Positions 56,890 to 64,000 of a stretch of DNA of 64,000 bases are shown here, one piece after another. How positions within the stretch are numbered: the stretch's first letter is position 1; each line of letters opens with the position of its first letter. The translations under genes were made by a program, and so were the position numbers. The DNA comes from an uncultured Rivularia sp. (GTDB lineage Bacteria > Cyanobacteriota > Cyanobacteriia > Cyanobacteriales > Nostocaceae): contig OY762007.1 in assembly GCA_963665115.1 (NCBI GenBank), positions 5,408,001-5,472,000 of the forward strand. The letters are read 5' to 3'. The notes under the pieces were generated by a model. It ran no database searches. It saw nothing but the letters and a program-made list of their open reading frames with translations, and was not told the DNA's origin.

Positions 56890-57195
56890 ACTAGTACTCC
56901 GCCACAGTAATTTTGCGGTGCAAGACATTTGTCTTGGGAGCGTCTCGCTCGCTCGTAGTAAGTTGTTACGCATTTAATTTGTATAATACCCTTCGTGCAA
57001 GATGCTTCTCCTAGCGGACACGCTGCGTTAGCGGAGCGAGACGATAGTCTTAGGCAGCACTACAATGTTTTCAAATTTTGGGCATTATACAATTTAGTTG
57101 CACATCAGCTTATCGCTTTTTATTAGTAGCTAGCGAGCAAGATGCTCGCACTCCCGAATAGTCCTCACAACTTATGTATGTGGGGGAGTACTAGT
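56890..57195. mobile_element. Nested miniature elements: MITE > REP pair > second MITE > SDR-like insert
   Basis: Outer TIR ACTAGTACTCCGCCACA / TGTGGGGGAGTACTAGT; inner element 56959-57112 homologous to 42935-43035 with a ~50-bp insertion. Confidence 0.75.
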
Positions 57196-57221
57196 AACTG
57201 TTAACTGTTAACTGCTAACTA

Positions 57222-58163
57222 TTAACTGATTCTCGTTCTTGCTTTCACTCTTCCGTGTCTTCGATCGGGTAATTCTTTTATCCCAACTTCTTTAATTTCT
57301 AAATTTTCTAAACATATTTGTTGTTCTTCTGGTCGTTCGTGTTCTATAACAAATACATTTGAGTACAAATTCGCAATTATCTGTTTTCCTTGTTGCGTTA
57401 AGGATAAGTAACGCAATCCATCCTTTATATAGGGATAAACACCATTCCAATAAAACTTTGGATAGTTGTTACGCAAATCTGCTGGATTGTTATAACCCAA
57501 AATTTTATTCATGCCAGTTTCTTCAAATTCGTAAAATAAAGAAGTAATTTTCTTTAAGTAACGTGGATCGCTTAATTGTCCAATTAGATCGGCAGCGCGT
57601 ACTAAACCGGCATAATTATTCGTCTCTTGATGATCTTCTGCTGCGGGTACGGGGAAGCGAGTTAATTCTATATTGGATTTTATAACTTCAGAATCGATTA
57701 ATTTATGACCCCCAAAACGCTCGTCAATAAAAAGTTTTGCTCTGTCAACATGATATGGTGTAAGACTTGCATCTGAAGCGCCTGATGGTAAAGAAATCAT
57801 CGCTTCATCTTTACCTGTAGCATACAAGCTTTCTTCTTCTCTATCTTGACGACAAACTCCTTTTACATAACCAATATCATGACATAGTAAAGAGATAATA
57901 TAATGCAGCCAATCTTCGCTAGAAACGCCACCTTCTCGTATATGTTTTCCACGCAAAACTTCTTGTCCTACAAGGGTTACTAAGATTGAGTGTTCTACGT
58001 TGTGGTATAGAGCATCGCTATTGGCAATATTTTCTAAAGCCATGCTTCCTACCCAAGCGATGATATCTTGATAGTCAGTTTTTAAGCTTCCATAAGTACG
58101 ATGGTATCCTTCTCGCACTCTATTTACAAAAGCATCTATCAAAACTTCAGTTGCATTAAACAT
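57222..58163 (-). CDS. HD-domain metal-dependent phosphohydrolase (Npun_R2479-like family)
   Basis: YHNVEH, CHDIGY, PYHVDR, AADLIGQL. Confidence 0.88.
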   Translation of the reverse strand: MFNATEVLIDAFVNRVREGYHRTYGSLKTDYQDIIAWVGSMALENIANSDALYHNVEHSILVTLVGQEVLRGKHIREGGVSSEDWLHYIISLLCHDIGYVKGVCRQDREEESLYATGKDEAMISLPSGASDASLTPYHVDRAKLFIDERFGGHKLIDSEVIKSNIELTRFPVPAAEDHQETNNYAGLVRAADLIGQLSDPRYLKKITSLFYEFEETGMNKILGYNNPADLRNNYPKFYWNGVYPYIKDGLRYLSLTQQGKQIIANLYSNVFVIEHERPEEQQICLENLEIKEVGIKELPDRRHGRVKARTRIS

Positions 58164-58738
58164 ATTTAACCCTGTTAGTAATTTTTTTAATCCTGGTTTT
58201 TCGAGTTAATTAAAAAGTTATGAATTCTAAATTCAATCTTTAATCATTTTGAATTTTATGCAGATTACGGCATGAAATTAACTCTTCGTACAAATGCTTT
58301 ATTAATTCTCTACTTATAGAGTAATCTCAATCAAAACGTAAAGGGAATACTAATAAGCATAGTTACTATTAGTATGCAAAAATATCCTGTCCTAATATTA
58401 AAACTGCAAACTGAAAAGAAATTTTTCTATAATATTGCTATTTTTTGGCAAGCGACAAATTATACCTGAGACAACATAAATAGAGCTTACCCAAATTACG
58501 CCAAATATATACATCAACTTTAACAGGAACTTCCGGACGACATAAAGAGACTATACGATAGCTTATTTTCTATTTTTTCACATTCAGGTGATTAATGGCG
58601 GTGATCTCAATACCCCCAATGGTGTGATGTAAAGTATTCAATTATGTGTATTTATCTATCGTAAGCCTGTAATGCTAAGTTTTTCAGCCGATAAACTACT
58701 CATCATAAATCCCTAATAAATATATTTAGCTTCAAATA

Positions 58739-58754
58739 TATGACTTTTGTCATA
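58739..58754. promoter_or_regulatory. Palindrome TATGAC-N4-GTCATA upstream of the RND operon
   Basis: TATGACTTTTGTCATA, perfect 6-bp arms, ~125 nt upstream of the adaptor gene. Confidence 0.5.
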
Positions 58755-58877
58755 GGCAAAATCAGTCTGAGACTACAGCCATTACACCAAAAAATAGGTA
58801 ATAGTTAAGATACAGTAATAAATTTAAAGTTTTCTTAAGTTAAACCGTATTCTCGCGGTTGGGTAAAAGGTGGAGCA

Positions 58878-60386
58878 ATGACAGCAGGGGACTCGAATTT
58901 TTCAGATATTCCAGCAGAAGAAGAAACACAAATCGAAGAAACAACTTTCAAAGATTATCCCGAAAGCAGGAAACAGCGCCCCTGGTGGACAATTATGCTT
59001 ATGGGTATGGTTTTAGGTATTGGGATAACTATGGGAGGAATGCGTTTGTTGAGCAATCGTCCCAAAGACCAACCAAAAGTAGCAAATCTATCTACCACTG
59101 AAGTTACTCCAGCAATGACTGTTACTCTTGCTTTAGTGGAACTTACTAAAGTTGCTCGGAATCTCAACGTTACTGGTACTGTTGCAGCTAGTGAATTAAC
59201 TCCGGTATTACCTCAATCTAATGGTTTGCAAATTAAGCAAATTTTGGTAAAGCAGGGAGATTCCGTCAAAGAAAGTCAAGTTATGGCGATTTTGGATGAC
59301 TCGCTGTTACAAGGTCAAATTCTTCAAGCCAAAGCGGAAGTAGAATCTCAAGAAGCTGAAGTTGCTTCAAGAGTTGCTGATTTAGCTTCCAAACAAGCAG
59401 CTTTAGAATCAAGTAAAGCAAATGTAATCTCAAATCAAGCAACAGTCCAACAAAGACAAGCCGATTTAGCACAAGCAAAAGCTAAATTAAAAGAAAGCGA
59501 GAGAAATTACCAGCGCAATCAGCAACTTTCCGAACGAGGCGCAATCAGCAAGCAACTATTTGAAACTGCTGAAACTAATTTTGAAACTGCAAAAGAAGCT
59601 GTACGCATTGCACAAGCAAATATTCGTAGCGCGATCGCCAATGTAAGTAGCGCCGAAGCAAATATCAGCAGTGCCGAAGCAGGTGTAAGCAGTGCGATCG
59701 CCAAAGTTAACAGCGCCAAAGCAGGAGTTCGTAGCGCTACAGCTAGAGTGCAACAGTTAAAAACTCAGTTGGGGCAAACCGTAGTTCGCGCTCCCGTTTC
59801 AGGAATCGTTGCCGAAAAACTAGCAAGAGTAGGAGATCTCACCGGCGTACCACCGCAAACCCAAGTAGGAAACGTAGTTGGTGGAACTCAAAAGTTATTT
59901 TCGATTATTCGTCAAGGAAACTTGGAATTACAAGCAAAAGTTCCTACAGTTCAGCTATCACAAATAAAAGTTGGCGCACTAACCCAGATTACAACTGATG
60001 CGGATAACCGGGTTAAATTGCGAGGAAAAGTGAAAGAAATAGAACCCGTAGTCAATCAACAACGCCGTGAAGCGACAGTAAAAATTGATTTACCAGCCAC
60101 AAATTTACTTAAACCGGGAATGTTCGCTCGCGCCGCAATTGTCACCGATACAAACATGGCTGTAGCAATACCGCAAAAAGCAGTACTTCCCCAACCCGAC
60201 GGCAGCGCAATTGTATTCACAATTAACGAAGACAAAATCGCCAGCAGTAAAAAAGTAGATACAGGAGAAATTCTTAAAGGTGGAAAAATCGAAATCAAAA
60301 ATGGTTTAACACCTGGAAAAAGCGTAGTAGTTAACGGTGCGGGATATCTCAAAGATGGCGATAAAGTACGAGTTGCCCAGAAATAA
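58878..60386 (+). CDS. RND efflux periplasmic adaptor subunit
   Basis: TM anchor, VTGTV, VKQGDSV, extended coiled coil, VRAPVSG, LKPGMFA, GAGYLKDGDKV. Confidence 0.92.
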   Translation: MTAGDSNFSDIPAEEETQIEETTFKDYPESRKQRPWWTIMLMGMVLGIGITMGGMRLLSNRPKDQPKVANLSTTEVTPAMTVTLALVELTKVARNLNVTGTVAASELTPVLPQSNGLQIKQILVKQGDSVKESQVMAILDDSLLQGQILQAKAEVESQEAEVASRVADLASKQAALESSKANVISNQATVQQRQADLAQAKAKLKESERNYQRNQQLSERGAISKQLFETAETNFETAKEAVRIAQANIRSAIANVSSAEANISSAEAGVSSAIAKVNSAKAGVRSATARVQQLKTQLGQTVVRAPVSGIVAEKLARVGDLTGVPPQTQVGNVVGGTQKLFSIIRQGNLELQAKVPTVQLSQIKVGALTQITTDADNRVKLRGKVKEIEPVVNQQRREATVKIDLPATNLLKPGMFARAAIVTDTNMAVAIPQKAVLPQPDGSAIVFTINEDKIASSKKVDTGEILKGGKIEIKNGLTPGKSVVVNGAGYLKDGDKVRVAQK

Positions 60387-60537
60387 TGAGGAGATAGGGA
60401 GACAAGGAGAGTGAGGGAAGAATAATTAATTATTAAGTTAACTACTCACTACTCTATACTCGCTACTCGCTTATAACTCCTAACTCTTTTAATTCAAAAT
60501 CTAAAATCTAAAATCTAAAAACTAATTTTTAAATTCG

Positions 60538-63500
60538 ATGGATTTCAACGTTTCTGCTTGGTCGATTAAAAAACCAATTCCTACAATAGTTTTATTCTTA
60601 ATTTTGACTATAGTTGGCTGGTTTTGTTTTGGTAATTTGGGTATCGATACCAGCCCTAATATTGATATTCCGGCGGTTCAAGTTACGGTAACTCAACCTG
60701 GTGCGGGACCTACTGAACTTGAGTCTCAGGTGACGAAGAAAATTGAAGATGCGGTTGCTGGTTTGGGCAATATTGATGAATTACGCTCGGTTGTTAGGGA
60801 TGGCGTTTCTAATACTACTATTAACTTTGACTTAGGAACCGATAGCGATCGCGCTACTAATGATGTTCGTAATGCTATAGCCCAAATTCGTCAAAGTCTT
60901 CCTCAAGATATTAACGATCCAATCGTGCAGCGTCTGGAATTTTCCGGTAGTGCTGTTATGACTTATGTGGTTAGTTCGGATAAACGCTCTGTGGAAGATT
61001 TGAGCAATCTGGTTGATGAAACTATTAGCCGCGCTTTGTTATCGGTAAAAGGTGTGGCTGAAATCCGCCGGGTGGGCGGTGTTGACCGAGAAGTTCGCGT
61101 AAACTTAGATCCCGAACGTTTGCAGTCGCTGGGTATTACTGCGACTCAGGTAAACGATCAATTACGAGCTTTTAATATTAATTTACCGGGTGGGCGCGCC
61201 GAAATTGGGGGAAGCGAACAAAGCATCCGTACTTTAGGTAGTGCCCAAAGTATAGATGTTTTGAGAAATTATGAAATTATCCTTCCTAATGGTGGTTCGG
61301 CTGCTTTATCAACTTTAGGAAATATAGAAGATAGCTTTGGTGAAGTACGTCAAACTGCACGGTTGAATAACAAACCAGTGGTTGCTTTTGAGGTATTGCG
61401 TAGTACTGGTAGCGTCATGGTAACGGTGGAAGAAGGAGTCAAAAAACAGGTTGAAAAGCTGGAAAAAACTCTTCCTCCAGACGTAAAAATGGAATTAATT
61501 TTTACTAGAGCTACTTTTGTTCGCAATTCTTACGAAAGTACGATGAACGAGCTGTTAATAGCTTCTGTATTAGCCGTAGCAGTAATTTTAGTTTTTTTGC
61601 GCGACTGGCGAGCAACTTTAATTACAGCAGTAACTTTACCTTTATCAATTATTCCTACCTTCGGCGTAATATTTGCTCTGGGCTATACACTCAACAATAT
61701 GACGCTGTTGGGTTTGGGGTTAGCAGTAGGTAACTTAGTAGATGATGCCGTTGTCGAAATTGAAAACATGGAACGGCATTTAGGAATGGGTAAAGAACCC
61801 AAGCAAGCAGCTTTTGACTCATCAGCAGAAATGGGTTTAGCAGTAATTGCAACTTCGGCGACAATTATTGCCGTATTCCTTCCCGTTGCATTTATGGGTG
61901 GAATTCCCGGTCAATTTTTCCAACCCTTCGCCATGACAGTTACCGCCGCCACTGTATTTTCCACAGCAGTAGCGCGGATGGTAACGCCGATGATGGGAGC
62001 GTATTTACTTAAGTCAAAGGAGGTTGAAGGGCAAAGGTTAAAGGTTAAAGGTCAAAGGTCAAAGTTCAGAGAAAATAATCCAAAATTTTCCCCTTACGCT
62101 TCCACACTCAGATGGGCGTTACGACATCGCATCACAACTTTACTGCTCGCTTTGGCTTTCTTTATTGGTAGCTTGATGCTGGTACCGATGATTCCCAAGG
62201 GTTTGGTTGATGGTGCAGATGTAGGTATTTCTGCGGTATCTATAGAATTAGCACCTGGTTCGACTTTGGAAGACACTAAGCAGGTTGTGACGCAAGCAAC
62301 AAATTTAATTAGACAAAATCCTGCGGTTGAAAGTGTTTTATCTACAGAAAATGTTGGTTCGGCCAGTCTTACTGTTAGATTGAAATCCAAGGAAGAAAGA
62401 AAAGTTGCTCAAAGCGAGTTTGAAGAACAAGTACGTCCGCAGTTTACAAAAATTCCTGGGGCAAGAATTAGTTTTCAAAGTACTGGTGCAGTGGGTGGTA
62501 GAAAGGATTTAACTATAGTTTTGCAAAGTGAAAATCCCCAAGCCTTGAAAAAAGCTGCTGATGATTTGGAAAAGCAGATGCGAAGCTTACCGGGATTGGT
62601 GGAAGCATCTTCTACCGCTAGTTTGGTGAAACCAGAAATTTTAGTAGTACCCAACCCGCAACGAGCCGCAGATTTGGGCGTAACCGTGCAGTCAATTGCA
62701 CGTACTGCAAGTCTTGCGACTATCGGCGATAGCGATGCTAACTTAGCAAAATACAATCTTCCAGATCGTCAAATTCCTATTAGAGTACAAATCGATCCCG
62801 AAGCGCGAGAAGACATCACAAATATTAAAAATCTCCAAGTTCCCAGTCAGAATGGCGGTTTAGTTCCTTTATTAGCAGTTGCAGATATCCGTTTTGGCAG
62901 CGGTGCGGCGACTATCAACCGCTTCGATAGAATGCGTCAAGTTTCAGTGGAAGCTAACTTGCAGGGTATTTCTTTAGGAGACGGATTGGATGCTGTGAAC
63001 CAGCTAGAAGCTATGAAAACTTTATCACCAGAGGTAACGCGACGTTCGGCTGGCGATGCAGAAATCATGGAGGAAATTTTCGGACGCTTCGGTACTGCAT
63101 TGGGTTTAGCAGTAATGATGATTTACGCTATTTTGGTGATTCTGTACAATAATTTTCTTCACCCAATCACTATTATGGTGGCGCTTCCCCTGTGTTTGGG
63201 CGGTACTCTTTTGGGGTTGATGATTGCTCAAAAAGCCTTGGGACTATATGCCTTAATTGGCATCGTTTTACTGTTAGGAATTGTCACCAAAAACTCAATC
63301 TTATTAGTAGACTATGCAATTATCGGTTTAGAAAAAGGTAAAAAACAACGTCAAGCACTTTTAGACGCTGGTATATCTCGCTTGCGTCCGATTTTGATGA
63401 CTTCTCTTTCTACAATCGCTGGTACTTTTCCTTTAGCATTAGGACTCGGTGCTGGTGCGGAAGTCCGCCAATCAATGGGTGTTGCTGTTATCGGTGGTTT

Positions 63501-63666
63501 CACAACTTCTACACTATTAACTTTGGTAGTGGTGCCAGTGTTGTTCACCTACATTGATAACTTTCAACATTGGATTATTAATACAGTGAAATACGGTTTT
63601 AAGAAGAAACCTCGCCGTCAAGTTATCGAAGAAGATAAAACACTTAAGTTTCCACCAGCAAGTTAG
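60538..63666 (+). CDS. RND efflux permease (AcrB/AcrD/AcrF family)
   Basis: 1042 aa; SAWSIKKPIPT, GNLVDDAVVEIEN, GIVTKNSILLVD, RLRPILMT. Confidence 0.96.
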   Translation: MDFNVSAWSIKKPIPTIVLFLILTIVGWFCFGNLGIDTSPNIDIPAVQVTVTQPGAGPTELESQVTKKIEDAVAGLGNIDELRSVVRDGVSNTTINFDLGTDSDRATNDVRNAIAQIRQSLPQDINDPIVQRLEFSGSAVMTYVVSSDKRSVEDLSNLVDETISRALLSVKGVAEIRRVGGVDREVRVNLDPERLQSLGITATQVNDQLRAFNINLPGGRAEIGGSEQSIRTLGSAQSIDVLRNYEIILPNGGSAALSTLGNIEDSFGEVRQTARLNNKPVVAFEVLRSTGSVMVTVEEGVKKQVEKLEKTLPPDVKMELIFTRATFVRNSYESTMNELLIASVLAVAVILVFLRDWRATLITAVTLPLSIIPTFGVIFALGYTLNNMTLLGLGLAVGNLVDDAVVEIENMERHLGMGKEPKQAAFDSSAEMGLAVIATSATIIAVFLPVAFMGGIPGQFFQPFAMTVTAATVFSTAVARMVTPMMGAYLLKSKEVEGQRLKVKGQRSKFRENNPKFSPYASTLRWALRHRITTLLLALAFFIGSLMLVPMIPKGLVDGADVGISAVSIELAPGSTLEDTKQVVTQATNLIRQNPAVESVLSTENVGSASLTVRLKSKEERKVAQSEFEEQVRPQFTKIPGARISFQSTGAVGGRKDLTIVLQSENPQALKKAADDLEKQMRSLPGLVEASSTASLVKPEILVVPNPQRAADLGVTVQSIARTASLATIGDSDANLAKYNLPDRQIPIRVQIDPEAREDITNIKNLQVPSQNGGLVPLLAVADIRFGSGAATINRFDRMRQVSVEANLQGISLGDGLDAVNQLEAMKTLSPEVTRRSAGDAEIMEEIFGRFGTALGLAVMMIYAILVILYNNFLHPITIMVALPLCLGGTLLGLMIAQKALGLYALIGIVLLLGIVTKNSILLVDYAIIGLEKGKKQRQALLDAGISRLRPILMTSLSTIAGTFPLALGLGAGAEVRQSMGVAVIGGFTTSTLLTLVVVPVLFTYIDNFQHWIINTVKYGFKKKPRRQVIEEDKTLKFPPAS

Positions 63667-63783
63667 GAGTGAGTAGTAAGTAGGGAGTAGGGAGTAGGGA
63701 GTAGGGAGTAGTAAGTAGAGAGTAGGGAGTAGTGAGTAAAGAGTCAGTAGTAAGTAGGGAGTAGGGAGTAGTGAGTCAGTAGT
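63662..63783. repeat. Degenerate STRR array (AGTAGGG/AGTAGTA)n
   Basis: Heptamer repeats after the RND stop. Confidence 0.85.
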
Positions 63784-63893
63784 TAATTAAATAATTAATG
63801 ATTCTTCCCCCCGCTCTCCCCATCTCCTTGTCTCTTACTCTTCCCAATGCCCCATGCCCCATTATGCACCATGTCCAATTCCTAATGCCCTAT

Positions 63894-64000
63894 CTATAAT
63901 CTCTCAGCAAGTTCTTTACCGACATACCAAGAAATTACTCTATCTTTTCGCCATTGATAACCAAACCATGCTTGATGTTTTGTAATTGTTGTTTTGCAGA
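63894..64000 (-). CDS. Possible 3' end of a gene entering from the right edge
   Basis: One minus frame reads ...CKTTITKHQAWFGYQWRKDRVISWYVGKELAERL*; another frame is also open for 21 codons, so the frame is uncertain. Confidence 0.35.
   Translation of the reverse strand, partial: CKTTITKHQAWFGYQWRKDRVISWYVGKELAERL

Overview
AT-rich chromosomal window from a filamentous, Nostocales-like cyanobacterium (at least 20 HIP1 GCGATCGC octamers, many heptamer STRR arrays, REP/MITE-like elements). Core genes: glcD, miaA, gyrB, sigA, a GyrA/ParC paralogue, queG, ftsE, fghA, an hli gene missed by the ORF track, an HCP+CTDH carotenoprotein pair, a PP2C/anti-sigma/NarL signalling cluster and three efflux systems (DevBCA-type, MacAB-type, RND). 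The most unusual parts are: (i) a TetR-devBCA cassette interleaved with a Rieske oxygenase, GNAT, TMEM175-like channel and methyltransferase, followed by a nucleotidyltransferase, carrying two copies of a palindromic operator and bracketed by paralogous Uma2 genes; (ii) an unannotated ~180-nt rod-like structured RNA candidate at 27218-27401 (minus strand); (iii) ftsE enclosed by an inverted repeat with a 51-bp perfect core; (iv) a four-layer nested miniature mobile element at 56890-57195. Ten genes, including sigA and ftsE, carry frameshifts in short homopolymers, eight of them at GAAACC or GGGGCC, most likely sequencing errors. No CRISPR array, tRNA, rRNA or transposase was recognised. All family calls come from motif recognition; no database search was run.
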